DNA from: a virus
Reading direction: 5' to 3' (one strand)
Length of the DNA stretch: 64,000 bases
Virus record (IMG/VR): IMGVR_UViG_3300020156_000022
Span: 1 to 64,000 of that record
The position numbers and the translations under genes were made by a program. Shown one piece after another: positions 41,222 to 51,715 of the stretch (position 1 is its first letter; every line of letters begins with the position of its first letter). The notes below the pieces were generated by a model. That model searched no databases. It was not told where the DNA came from and saw nothing but the letters and a program-made list of their open reading frames with translations.

Positions 41222-41250
41222 ACCTTACACTACCTTCAGGCTGTTGTCAA
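41222..41250 (-). promoter_or_regulatory. promoter of the tRNA-Glu / Y-RNA array / Ro60 transcript
   Basis: TTGACA-N17-TAAGGT. Confidence 0.8.
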
Positions 41251-41683
41251 CCGCATCATAAAAAGATCGACTATCTCCGTACAGATATGCATCAACAATT
41301 CGAGGCACAGTAAAAAAAGTATTGGCAGGAAGGGCATTCATATTAAACCAACGCCATTCTTCACACTTATCAGGTTCCATTACCTTAGGGTTGCCTGAAA
41401 GCCATATGCATACCATGCCAATATCAACATAATGCTTAGGCATGTATTCAGTCAGATTAATAGTGGAAATAGGGATAGGCCGAGTAGTCTTTACCTGAGA
41501 GCCAATTTCTTCTGCCATCTCACGGTAAGCTGTATCAGCAAACGACTCACCATACTCAAGTGTTCCTCCTGGAAGACCCCATTGCCCTGCACCATGAGAA
41601 CCCTTACGCTTACCTAGCAGGATAAGCTCCGGCATTCTTACTACAAGAACACCAATACCTACCTTGGTAATATTAGACATCAA
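41225..41683 (-). CDS. NUDIX hydrolase
   Basis: Nudix box GGTLEYGESFADTAYREMAEEIG; RKGSHG; EPDKCEEWRWF. Confidence 0.92.
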   Translation of the reverse strand: MMSNITKVGIGVLVVRMPELILLGKRKGSHGAGQWGLPGGTLEYGESFADTAYREMAEEIGSQVKTTRPIPISTINLTEYMPKHYVDIGMVCIWLSGNPKVMEPDKCEEWRWFNMNALPANTFFTVPRIVDAYLYGDSRSFYDAVDNSLKVV

Positions 41684-42487
41684 ACTCTCCGGCCTTTACA
41701 CCTTTAATAAATTCACGCCATTCGCGTTTATCAAAGCATACATAGTCTCCGTCAGAATCTCTGACAAAAACAACATCAGCTTCTATCAGAACTTCTACAC
41801 AGCAATCATTACCACAAAAAGAGGATTTCTTATGCTCAGGCATTATTTTTCTTTTCGAAAGATATTCTTAGGGCGATCTTGCCCTTTCTTAGTGCCACAA
41901 TTCCAGCACTTTTTCTCTTCTTCTCGTACCTCAGTATGGCAATATTTACATCGCCAGTGATTAAACGTATTCACGTACCATCAGCTCCACAAAGGTTACA
42001 AGTTAATTGGGTACCGTTAGAATTCCAGGTATTCAGTTTATGCTCGCACATTACAGTCCAATAAGCACAAGCATCACATTCTTCAACCTGGATTGAACCC
42101 AGCCAGTTCTCCATATAAAAAACGGAGGCTGAAAAACCTCCGTGCTCATCATGTTCCTTCAGATAGGACATTTACTTAATACCTAGTTCCTTCAGAATAA
42201 GGTCATGCTCTACTGCATGGAATACATGCTCAGGAATCTTAACTCGATAGACCATCTTTTCGAATTCGTAGCTAATACTCATCTCTAATTCTTGATGCAT
42301 ACCATCGCTATCGAGAAAAGCATTAGCTGCTTGGAGACGCTTAGTAATTTCGGGCAAAGCTTCAGAACGAACTTTTACCCATCGACCCTTATAAGTTCTG
42401 TCAAAAATGCCGAAGCCATTAGTGAATAACCCTATAACTAGGATAATTCCTAAGACTACTATTAGGGTTTCTAACCAATCAGACATG

Positions 42488-42569
42488 TACTCACGGTGGG
42501 ATTCGAACCCACAATCCTTTCGGCGCAGCATTTTAAGTGCTGAGTGTATACCAGTTCCACCACGCGAGC
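42488..42569 (-). tRNA. tRNA-Leu(TAA)
   Basis: CAGCA-CTTAAAA-TGCTG, long variable arm. Confidence 0.92.
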
Positions 42570-42670
42570 ATTGGTTTTGTAATCAGGAATAGTATCAGCA
42601 TACGTTCTGACGTTTACCTGAACCAGACCTATCAACAAAGGCCCGTTCTAACATTAAACTATTACAAAAG

Positions 42671-42746
42671 TAGCGTCGGAGAGATTCGAACTCATCACTG
42701 TCAGGTTCCTAAGACCTGTGCCTCCTACCAATTGGGCTACGACGCC
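42671..42746 (-). tRNA. tRNA-Leu(TAG), short variable loop
   Basis: CAGGT-CTTAGGA-ACCTG. Confidence 0.8.
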
Positions 42747-42751
42747 ATTGT

Positions 42752-43318
42752 TCATTTATATAGATTACGCATCTCGGCAACTTGTGCTGAGGTCTTCGCA
42801 ACTGCTGCACTTAAGTCTGCCATACTAGAAGCTAGCTTGTCAACACTTGTCTGCAACTTAGCTAAGGCAACTTTAGTGTCATCCACATAAGGCCATGGCT
42901 GCTGCACACCTAGTCTAGCATCTGGAAGGTACTGCTCGTAAGGTGCTGGTTTATCTGGTGCAGGCTTTTCAAAGACCATCCAAGACTTAAATGTTCTTCC
43001 TGCACCCTTAAAGATATCATAAGCTATCTTAACATTAACTTCAGGATCACGCCATCTACCACCGTTAGCCTGAATCTTAGGATACTGCCAACGACCTGAC
43101 AACTGAAAGATACCGTGATCTCTGTTTCCTACAGAACCAGGATCACTAGTTAACGGTGCAGTAGTACGAGAAATAGATTCAGTATCCGCAGATGACTCAG
43201 CTAACGCCACAGCAACGGCTACTACTGCCTCAGAATCATTAGTTCCGGGAACAATAGTAGTTTTACTAAAGCCTGCTTTAATGCATAGATCCGCAACTTC
43301 ATGTGGTGATAGCTTCAT
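42752..43318 (-). CDS. lysozyme-like/lytic transglycosylase with C-terminal coiled coil
   Basis: VALAES, DHGIFQL, DPEVN..IA, ..W. Confidence 0.75.
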   Translation of the reverse strand: MKLSPHEVADLCIKAGFSKTTIVPGTNDSEAVVAVAVALAESSADTESISRTTAPLTSDPGSVGNRDHGIFQLSGRWQYPKIQANGGRWRDPEVNVKIAYDIFKGAGRTFKSWMVFEKPAPDKPAPYEQYLPDARLGVQQPWPYVDDTKVALAKLQTSVDKLASSMADLSAAVAKTSAQVAEMRNLYK

Positions 43319-43694
43319 GTCAAGTCCTAATTCTTATCAGCATTCTTTAGTTGCTCAGAATACATCTCTCTACGACGGATAGCTTCTTTACTAAACATCG
43401 GCGGCTCAACCTTTGTAGCTTTACGTCTAATGTCTGCCATTTCTTTATCTGAAATGGTATTAGGAATTTTATTCTTTTTCAAGACGATTTCCTTTTGTCA
43501 GATTTATTGGATCTTTTGACAGGATTTCTTCTTGCTTTATCTCCGTTAGCATCTACTCGAATAATCTTAATCTTACCGTCTGATTGCTTTTCGGGGTACT
43601 GTGCCAAGATAAAAACACCTCATAAATTAGCTTTTCTTGCACTTAGGGCAATATTTTTCCATGATTCTACTATACCATAAGTTTGGAGACCTTG

Positions 43695-43768
43695 CACGGA
43701 TGGAAGGACTCGAACCCTCGACAACGCAGGTTTGGAAGCTGCTGCTCTAGCCGCTGAGCTACACCCGT
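43695..43768 (-). tRNA. tRNA-Trp(CCA)
   Basis: Loop TTCCAAA; full cloverleaf. Confidence 0.85.
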
Positions 43769-43908
43769 ATAAAATTTTAATTCAGAAGAAAGGTCCGTGT
43801 ACCGACCTTAACGCCACCCATTGCTACACTTGGTGACTACTTCCTAAGTAGAGAGAAGACCAACTCTTCTATGCGCATCGCAGGACTCGACCTGCACTCT
43901 CTAATTTG

Positions 43909-43984
43909 TAGCGGAAGCCGGATTTGAACCGACGATCTCAACCTCATGAGGGTTGCGAGGACGACCGAACTCCTCTACTCCGCA
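43909..43984 (-). tRNA. tRNA-Met(CAT), initiator-like
   Basis: CAACC-CTCATGA-GGTTG; 1:72 mismatch. Confidence 0.8.
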
Positions 43985-43986
43985 AG

Positions 43987-44058
43987 TGCCGAGTACTAGA
44001 ATTGAACTAGTGTTTCAGGGTTATGAATCCTGTGTTCTAACCATTGAACTAACCCGGC
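43987..44058 (-). tRNA. tRNA-Met/Ile2(CAT)
   Basis: Loop TTCATAA. Confidence 0.8.
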
Positions 44059-44354
44059 TTGTTACCTACTACCTTACCATGTTGCTCAGCCCTTGTCAAC
44101 AGGTTTCTTGTTTGATTTAGTTAGATAATTGATAATGTATACTTTGCTGTCCGTAACAGGTTTACGTAGAATTCTGCCTTTAAGTTGCTCAGTATTCATA
44201 GCACTTATCTTTTTTCCTGTTTCGACGATATTTCCTGCGATTTTCATGCTTTGATGCTGCACTAGAACGACGAAGCTCAAGGAGCTGACGCTGTTCCTCA
44301 GCAGTGTATTTACGCTTGTAGTTCATCATCAGCTCCTTTCTCATGCTGTCTACA

Positions 44355-44579
44355 CTAGCGGATCAGGTTCTGGCTGTCAACCCACTGTACAACGGTTTTT
44401 CCTTGGTGTCCATGGATATCAATAACGTCTTGAATATTCTTATAGAAGCATAAAGATGTTTTAGAGCCTATCCAACGCATAGCACAACTGCCATCACTAA
44501 ACTGTACACCTTCAGTAACAATACCTGTTCCTGAAATTCCAGTTTCATCTTCTATTCGATTAAGGTAGAATCGTCGCAA
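44355..44579 (-). CDS. conserved actinophage small protein
   Basis: RIEDETGISGTGIVTEGVQFSDG...HGHQGKT. Confidence 0.7.
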   Translation of the reverse strand: MRRFYLNRIEDETGISGTGIVTEGVQFSDGSCAMRWIGSKTSLCFYKNIQDVIDIHGHQGKTVVQWVDSQNLIR

Positions 44580-45031
44580 GATTTGTCTTCTCTCCTCAAA
44601 GAATATTTTCTAAAGATTTCATCTAATTCACCAAGAAGATCATTTACACGTTCTTGGTCTTTAGAGTCTAATTCTTCCCAATCTAGATAATCATTGTTCG
44701 TCATCGCTAGACCTCATAACTACTATCATCCATTCACCTGGACCTATTTTAAGATCTGAAGCTTCTCTTTCAGATAAATAACGACCTTGGTATGAATAGT
44801 TAGTAGCTTCAGCCATACGCATAACCATTTCAGCGTTGCTTGCTGAAATTATAGAATGTACTTCTAATACACCGTCAGTTAGGCACGCCCAAATTTCCCC
44901 GCACTCAAAACCACGTTGAAATTCATTATCAACAGTATCAAATTCTAAAAGAAAATCTGAGGAATCGGCATCTGCGCGGATTCCTCTTCTCTCAGAATTA
45001 CTTTCTGATCTCATGGTGCCTAACACCTTTC

Positions 45032-45976
45032 TTATGCATGAATCTCCTGGTTACATGTCGGACACCTACCAGCTTTGGTCAATGTGTCATGTAGTTCATT
45101 CTCGGCTAGCAGTATACCAGATCGAACGGATTCAATGCTAGTGTCTTGCTCAACTATCGTTCGCTGAGCCTGAGCAAGTCGTTTCAAAATATTTTTAAAC
45201 TTATTAAATTTAATGTAAGCTTTTTCCAGCTCTGCTATGTCAGGGAGGGCTGGAATATTTCTTACTGCCTCAAGGGCCTCTGATGCCTTCTTAGCCTTAC
45301 CTATGAGGTTAGCAAGAAGGTCCATACGCGCCTGGGTAGTTGTTGCTTGGGCAAGTAAAGCTTCTACTTGAGTTATTGATTTAGCTTGTTGCATAACATT
45401 AGCATAATCACCAAGTTGAAGTAAAAGCTTATCTTGATCCTTTTTACGGATATTGACCAAGCCTGATGCATTCTTCGCTCGCCTACTAGCTTCTTTAACT
45501 GCATTGAAAATAGTAGACACATTAGTTAGTTCACCAAGTACACGAGCAACAGAACTAGAACCTTCTTTAAGCAAATAAGGAGCATCGAATTGCCCGGCAA
45601 AATTAATTGATGCTACTTCTTGCGTGCCTGGCGAGATACCCAAAGCTTCTGTAACTTCGGAAGGTACTTGACGATTAAGCTTAGTAAAGCGGGATTCTTC
45701 GCTACCAGACTTAGCAACTTTGTAAACACTACTACCACCTATTTCTCTCTCTATAGTTACTGATGTTTCACTAGTTTTAACAGTAATCGCTGATACTTTA
45801 GTTCCTCTAGTAATGTAATCGGAGTCTAGGCTATTCATAGCAATAGCTTTCATAGCTCTAGTAAGTGCCGATTTTCCACTAGAAGACGCACCTACGATTA
45901 CTGTCAGCTTTCCAAATTCCAATTCTACATCACGTAGACTTTGGAAGTTTTTAATTCTGATGGACTCGATCAACAA
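45032..45976 (-). CDS. Rad50/SbcC-like ATPase, N-terminal half ending at the zinc hook
   Basis: IKNFQS, Walker A GASSSGKS, Q-loop FAGQ, coiled coil, terminal CPTC. Confidence 0.88.
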   Translation of the reverse strand: MLIESIRIKNFQSLRDVELEFGKLTVIVGASSSGKSALTRAMKAIAMNSLDSDYITRGTKVSAITVKTSETSVTIEREIGGSSVYKVAKSGSEESRFTKLNRQVPSEVTEALGISPGTQEVASINFAGQFDAPYLLKEGSSSVARVLGELTNVSTIFNAVKEASRRAKNASGLVNIRKKDQDKLLLQLGDYANVMQQAKSITQVEALLAQATTTQARMDLLANLIGKAKKASEALEAVRNIPALPDIAELEKAYIKFNKFKNILKRLAQAQRTIVEQDTSIESVRSGILLAENELHDTLTKAGRCPTCNQEIHA

Positions 45977-47006
45977 TAATCCTTAACATCAGAAGGATCA
46001 ACGAAAATTACCTCAGCCTCAGGATCTTCGTCCCTTACCTTAGCTAGTTTAACAGGGTAATCAATAGTCTTCAACCACTTACCCAATCTGTGCTGCACAG
46101 TAAAACCTGCTATGATATTATCCGAAGTGTCTAGCACTATCCATAATGATGTGGCTCTAGCCATGTTGTTCTCCCATATAAGTATTATTACCTATCTGCC
46201 GGATTGAGCCCATCTATTAGTGTACAGGTTGGCTTGCAATACTCCTTTTCTCCAACTTTGCACACAGGACACTTACCTTTATTCGGCCTTAGCTTATACC
46301 CATTGATTTCTTTTAATGGCTTTCTAAATGGATTCTTTATTAGCGTCTTTCTATTTTGCAATCAGGGCAAACATACATGTCACTAGAATTTCCACTTTTG
46401 TGCTTGGCGCAAGCTACTAATATTTTTACAGTCAAGACATCTCCCTAAACAAACATAGCCACCTGAATATTCAGGTGGCTATTCTCAAAGTTCTGCTTTC
46501 CACGTCCTACGTCTGGCAATTTGCTTATCTTTAGGCATTTCAGTCTCCCTAGATAGGTCTGCCACAAGCTAGACAAATAAGGTTTCCTCGCTTATCCATC
46601 ATAACTGTCCTACCGTGGTCTTTGCAAGCATCATGCTTACCCATGCCTAGACCTCGATAAACCCTGTACCTTTACAGCCTTTACAAGAACCTTTAGCTGT
46701 TTGCCCGTTATTACAGCCCGCACAACGCAACTTATTGCCTTTTTGCATTCGCTTCTTTAAAGGATACCTGTTATCTCGCGGTGCGACCTCGTGTGGGGGT
46801 GTATTACCCTCTTTATAGCGAGCCATTAGGATTTATCTCCCTTATGGGAACCCTTATCACGGGAATGGTCTGGCTTACTGCCACCACCAGTAGTTCCTCT
46901 ACGACTAGTGTTAGTTCCTTTAGTCCAACGCCTTTCCACTTTCTGGGCATATTCCTCAAGCTGATCGGCAGACAGGTTCTTCTTATCGTCATCCTTTTTA
47001 GTCATG

Positions 47007-47079
47007 CACCCCTGACAGGATTCGAACCTGCGATTTACAGTTTAGAAGACTGTTGAGTTATCCGCTACTCTACAGGGGC
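47007..47079 (-). tRNA. tRNA-Arg(TCT)
   Basis: ACAGT-CTTCTAA-ACTGT. Confidence 0.9.
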
Positions 47080-47128
47080 ATTAAATTAGTTTTGAGTTTA
47101 AAGCGACCAAAACTATAAACAAACTTCG

Positions 47129-47197
47129 TGCATCGAGCGGGTTCGAACCGTATCTCTGGGTATGACCCCAGCGCATTTCCCTAATGCTACTCGATAC
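47129..47197 (-). tRNA. degenerate tRNA (CAT-containing 6-nt loop, short T-stem)
   Basis: 8-bp acceptor, D-arm, CTGGG-GTCATA-CCCAG. Confidence 0.5.
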
Positions 47198-47346
47198 TAA
47201 CATGGTGCCAGCCATGCTTTTACCATTACGAAAGACCCGGCTGCTACCGCATACCACACTTAATGCTGGCACACTAAGCTGATCACGTTCGTACTCTCGG
47301 ATTCCGTTTCTTAGCGTACGAAAGTCACCCGAGTATAACCAAACTG

Positions 47347-47418
47347 TACGCCGAGAGAATTACGATATCTCGTCCCGCGAGTTAAAAGCTCGCTGCTCTG
47401 CCTCTGAGCTACCGGCGC
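47347..47418 (-). tRNA. tRNA-Lys(TTT), atypical T-loop
   Basis: GCGAG-CTTTTAA-CTCGC. Confidence 0.8.
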
Positions 47419-47463
47419 TAGTCTTACAGAATACTACCAAGAACGTCTACATTTTGCTGAAAG

Positions 47464-47536
47464 TACGCCATAAGGGACTCGAACCCTTGACCCACCGATT
47501 AAGAGTCGGTTGTCTCTGCCGCTGAGCTAATGGCGC
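47464..47536 (-). tRNA. tRNA-Lys(CTT)
   Basis: ACCGA-CTCTTAA-TCGGT. Confidence 0.9.
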
Positions 47537-47694
47537 TTGGTGAGATATTTGTTAGCCTCTCACTGGCATCAGCCTCACCCATTTTACATCACGGAGGACA
47601 TGATGTCTAGCTACTAGAAAGTTGACATGACATACCTGCACCAGCTAGGAATCGAACCCAGTATGCCACTGAACAGGTTTGCAACCCTGTTTTG

Positions 47695-47766
47695 TAGGGG
47701 CAGGGAATTTCGAAATCCCGACCTGCGGTATGTAACACCGCTGCTCTGCCTCTGAGCTACGCCCCC
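47695..47766 (-). tRNA. tRNA-Val(TAC)
   Basis: GCGGT-GTTACAT-ACCGC. Confidence 0.85.
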
Positions 47767-48312
47767 AAGCTACGTTTGAATTTATACCATCCAAACTGTT
47801 TTGCCGTTCTTCTTTTATGGCAGTTAGCACATCGTACCACACACTTCTCAATTTCTGCAAGTACTCGATCCCATTTAATTCCGTTTCTTACAGATTTACC
47901 TATATCAAAACTTTTTTCTTCTGGAATTAGAAGGCTAGAACCGACTAAGGAAACTAGCCTTGATTGGCTTGCTGATAAAGCTTTACTAGCTGAACCTTCA
48001 TTATGGGGTACTTTATCTGACAGTTTAGGGTATTGTATGAACTACCAGTTAACACAAACTAAGTCTAATGGTACATCCTTAGATTTTATGTGTGCTTGAA
48101 CCTGGCAGGATCTAACTATAACTTAGGACTGCTTCCCCTGTCAAGCCAGGCTCGGCTGCCACTATTACTGCATATCGTTAAGCCTGTGCTAGGTCATTCG
48201 CCTACTTGCAGCATTGAGCTTATAGTTATCATACGTGCTTTGTCAACAGCCTTACTGTATACGCGCGCCGTTCGACGTAGTTTATTACATTGTGGAATGT
48301 GATATACTTGCG

Positions 48313-48384
48313 TGGAGAAATAGGGAGTTGAACCCTATCTTGAACTTTGCAAAAGTCCCGTGCAACCCTTAACACTTTATCCCC
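48313..48384 (-). tRNA. tRNA-Ala(TGC)
   Basis: Loop TTTGCAA; G3:U70. Confidence 0.85.
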
Positions 48385-48882
48385 ATAGTAAGCGCAAGTG
48401 CGTCCAGTTTGCCCGGTCCTCGCGCTTACATCTACTACTTTACATCGTCTTGGCTAGCTTGTCAACCCTCTAGACTCATAGAATTTGCCAGAAGGATGTA
48501 GCCCTTTGCTGCTTCAGCCAATGCTTGAAGTCGATTCGCTTGAGCTTCACTCAAGTTGTAGCCCTGCGAGTCTTTTACCTTCTTCAGGCATTCCTCTGCT
48601 GACCTGAGTGCTTCATTTCGTGTCATGCACCTAGCCTACAGGACTCTGACAGGATCGTCAAGGCTACGTATCTGTTATTTCTTAAATCTTCCTCGGCCTA
48701 TAGCTCGTTGACTAATCAAATCAAGTAACTGCTCACGAATATCCATATTACGATTAAGAATTTTACGAGTATTAGCGATAGTAGTCTGACAGTTTGCTAT
48801 GGCCGTCTCGACATCTAATAACTCTTCAGACAACTCTTTATCTGACCAATCACCGTAATCTGGTTGTTCAGTAAGCATTTAT

Positions 48883-49488
48883 CTATTCCTTTTCATTTGG
48901 GTAAACATCATAGATCTTAAAATTATCAAAGGATCGGCTTATAGTTGGCCCAGCCTGGTACTGATAGTGCGATCCAGCTGCTCTTGAACCATACAACAAA
49001 GTAGTCGGCTCTGGTAAGTGGTAGAAGCCAAGTTGACTAACTTTCATACCTGGCCATAACAACAAAGGCATAGTTCCACTATTACTTAATTCTAAGGTAA
49101 TTTGCCCTTCAAATCCTGGATCAATAAACCCCGCAGTAGCATGAATAACCAACCCTAGCCTGCCTAAAGAACTTTTACCCTCAAGCTTAGCGGCTATGTT
49201 AGCACCTAATGCAATAGTTTCAAAGGTACAACCTAGCACAAATGCTCCTGGCTCTAATACAAATGCAGAACCCTTTGGAACAAATACATCTGTAAAGTAA
49301 TCAGTTGAGTCTTCTTTAGGATCTACCAACGGCGCGTCCGCAGGGGAATCAAATTGTAACTGTACCTTAAACTCAGGAGAAAGTGTCATATCATAACTGG
49401 CAGGCTGAATTAGCTCTTCCCTGAAAGGCTGGATGATAATATTTTGGAATCTAATCTCTTCAAGAATTCCTCTATTAGATACTAGCAT
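48883..49488 (-). CDS. dcd: dCTP deaminase
   Basis: IQPASYD, EGKSSLGRLG, TAGFIDPGFEGQITLELSN, YQYQ.GP. Confidence 0.95.
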   Translation of the reverse strand: MLVSNRGILEEIRFQNIIIQPFREELIQPASYDMTLSPEFKVQLQFDSPADAPLVDPKEDSTDYFTDVFVPKGSAFVLEPGAFVLGCTFETIALGANIAAKLEGKSSLGRLGLVIHATAGFIDPGFEGQITLELSNSGTMPLLLWPGMKVSQLGFYHLPEPTTLLYGSRAAGSHYQYQAGPTISRSFDNFKIYDVYPNEKE

Positions 49489-49805
49489 GATCTTCTCTCC
49501 ATTCTAGTTTCACCTTGCCGCTTTCATGGAAAGCAAGATCAAGTATGGTATTATTATATACCTTTACCAGATCAATCTCAATCTTTTTACCTAAAGGTAC
49601 ATATTTTCTTAGCAATGCCGCTGCGACAGCCTCATAGATTCTTACTTTTTCTTCAAGCACATCAAAAGACCTGGATGCTAGGTACTCATCCAGGTCTATA
49701 AATTCATTTGACATTACTTACCTTTCTCAAGAAAATAGGAGCCGCATCGACAAACAACTTGCGGATCTTTGCCTACAAGTTATCCTGGAGGTTGGCTCCT
49801 ATTTG

Positions 49806-50156
49806 CTAGTATGCCTTATATTCAGCATGTCCAGCACTGACCATTCGATCATTGATGCTAGGAGTTTTAGTAGGGTCTTCTCCCCAAAGCCATAACTCTC
49901 CTAAATATCGGCCATACTTTTCTTTTTTATCCTTGGTAGTCATAACATATAGATACTTAAAACTACCATCAGGATTAGTAAGTAATTTCAATAACCATGC
50001 CCTGGCATTCTTACCGGCTTGTGTGGGTAGCTCAGGAGCATTAATTCTGTTGAATCTAATATGCATGTCTTGAAGAAGATCACAACCAGCGTCTCGCCTT
50101 ATTGTGATTGTATCAGCATCATAGACAGTTAAGATTTCAGCAGGGTAATCATACAT
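49806..50156 (-). CDS. SNase-like thermonuclease
   Basis: VYDADTI, IRF.RINAPE, EKYGRYLG, IN..MV..GHA. Confidence 0.85.
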   Translation of the reverse strand: MYDYPAEILTVYDADTITIRRDAGCDLLQDMHIRFNRINAPELPTQAGKNARAWLLKLLTNPDGSFKYLYVMTTKDKKEKYGRYLGELWLWGEDPTKTPSINDRMVSAGHAEYKAY

Positions 50157-50278
50157 ATTTATCTCCCATCGTATAAGAGATAAATCGGTAATAATTGAGG
50201 GTTGCAACTTCCAGTACAGCCGTGCAGCTTTCCCGGTTAACCAGATAGCTTTCTCACCTGTTCGTGGACCTCAATAAG

Positions 50279-50357
50279 AGCAGATAGGCGGAATCGAACC
50301 GCAGACATAAGACGCCTTTTGCAGAGGCGCGGCTATCACCAATAACCTTCTATCTGC
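50279..50357 (-). tRNA. tRNA-Cys(GCA)
   Basis: CGCCT-CTGCAAA-AGGCG; U discriminator. Confidence 0.75.
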
Positions 50358-50504
50358 ACGTAAAGAATAATATTATTCTTTACTAATAGAATTTACTTTT
50401 TACCAGTACCTTTACATGCATTACAATCTATAGGAGGAAGACTATTACGTTCAAAAAACCCTCTACCTCTACATGACATACATATTTCTTTTTCTTTTTC
50501 CATG

Positions 50505-50579
50505 AGCCACCAGAGAGAATCGAACTCTCGACCTTTTCCGTACCAAGGAAACACTCTGACCAAACTGAGCTATGGCGGC
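50505..50579 (-). tRNA. tRNA-Thr(GGT)
   Basis: TTTCC-TTGGTAC-GGAAA. Confidence 0.9.
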
Positions 50580-50666
50580 AAAACTAGTTTTTAGAAGCAG
50601 CCATTTCCCTTCCGGGCGGTACTGTGGAGAGACCCTTAGTTTCAAGGCTGAACTAGAAACCTTCCG

Positions 50667-50741
50667 AGCGGCCAGTGTGGCTCGAACACACTACTCTCTG
50701 CTTACGAGGCAGGGGCTTTAACCTGATTAAGCTACAGCCGC
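50667..50741 (-). tRNA. tRNA-Thr(CGT)
   Basis: Loop CTCGTAA. Confidence 0.8.
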
Positions 50742-50905
50742 AATATTAGTTAGACAATCTTTTTTGTTTTGTGCCGCAAGGCACATGAGTAACTACCTTA
50801 TTCTTGATTCTCCATCCACGAGTGCCTTTGCAATTGTCGCACACCCTAGGACCATTCTCATCAATGAGTCTTCCTCCGATTGTTGCATTATCTGTATTTG
50901 CCATG

Positions 50906-50976
50906 AGCGGAAGACGGGAATCGAACCCGCGACAAAACGTTGGAAGCGTCTTATGTTACCTCTACACCACATCCGC
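50906..50976 (-). tRNA. tRNA-Gly(TCC)
   Basis: AGACG-CTTCCAA-CGTTT. Confidence 0.9.
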
Positions 50977-50978
50977 AT

Positions 50979-51061
50979 TGGTGCAACCGTACAGCCTGCG
51001 AGAATCTATTAGGCACGATTCTCATTGTCCTAGTGCCTGTAGGGACCAGCTTATCGGTTGC
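50979..51061 (-). ncRNA. ACCA-tailed kissing-loop RNA
   Basis: GCAACCG/CGGUUGC-ACCA stem enclosing two hairpins with complementary loops AGGCAC/GUGCCU. Confidence 0.6.
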
Positions 51062-51145
51062 GTTGAGAAGTTTTCTAAGGCATAAGCCTCGCATCTGAGC
51101 GGCCACTCTAGCATTAGCGCCCACCTATTCTCCCAAATCTCCGCG

Positions 51146-51216
51146 AGCGGCTAACGAGAATCGAACTCGTGCTTAAACCTTGGCAAGGTTTCGTGATACC
51201 ATTTCACTATAGCCGC
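51146..51216 (-). tRNA. tRNA-Gly(GCC)
   Basis: AAACC-TTGCCAA-GGTTT. Confidence 0.9.
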
Positions 51217-51640
51217 AATATTTACTTATAGAAGTTTCTTGTCTATATAACCATTCTTACACTTGCCAGGACAATCTTTTATTTTGCCTGCTTTAACTAT
51301 AAAGCCCCTACCTCTACATGTCAAGCACATGACCAAGGCCATAAAAGTTAACCTCTTTTTCTAGGAGTATTCTTTACTCTTTTAATAAAGTCTTGTTGAT
51401 TTTTCTTTGAAGTAGTTGCCAACAACGCAGCCGCATCTTCAAATTTCTTTTCTCTCAGAAGAGAGGCAGCAGTAAGATTAGCTTTTTTATCTAAACTGCT
51501 ATGCTTTCCCATTGCGCTTAGCCTCCAAGTATTCTGCTTCTGAAAGCTTTGCTTTTGCAAGGTTTCTTATAGAAGGAGTCTTAGCTGCTTTACGTGTAGC
51601 TTTATTTAATTTTGTCCAAGGATCTTTTTTCTTAAGCATG

Positions 51641-51715
51641 CGCGACTGAAGGGATTTGAACCCTCGATCTCTTGATTGACAATCAAGTGCTTTAACCAGG
51701 CTAAGCTACAACCGC
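51641..51715 (-). tRNA. tRNA-Asp(GTC)
   Basis: CTTGA-TTGTCAA-TCAAG. Confidence 0.9.

Noticed and set aside
43872-43900. Additional tRNA
   Set aside because: Only a damaged T-arm remnant, with no cloverleaf.
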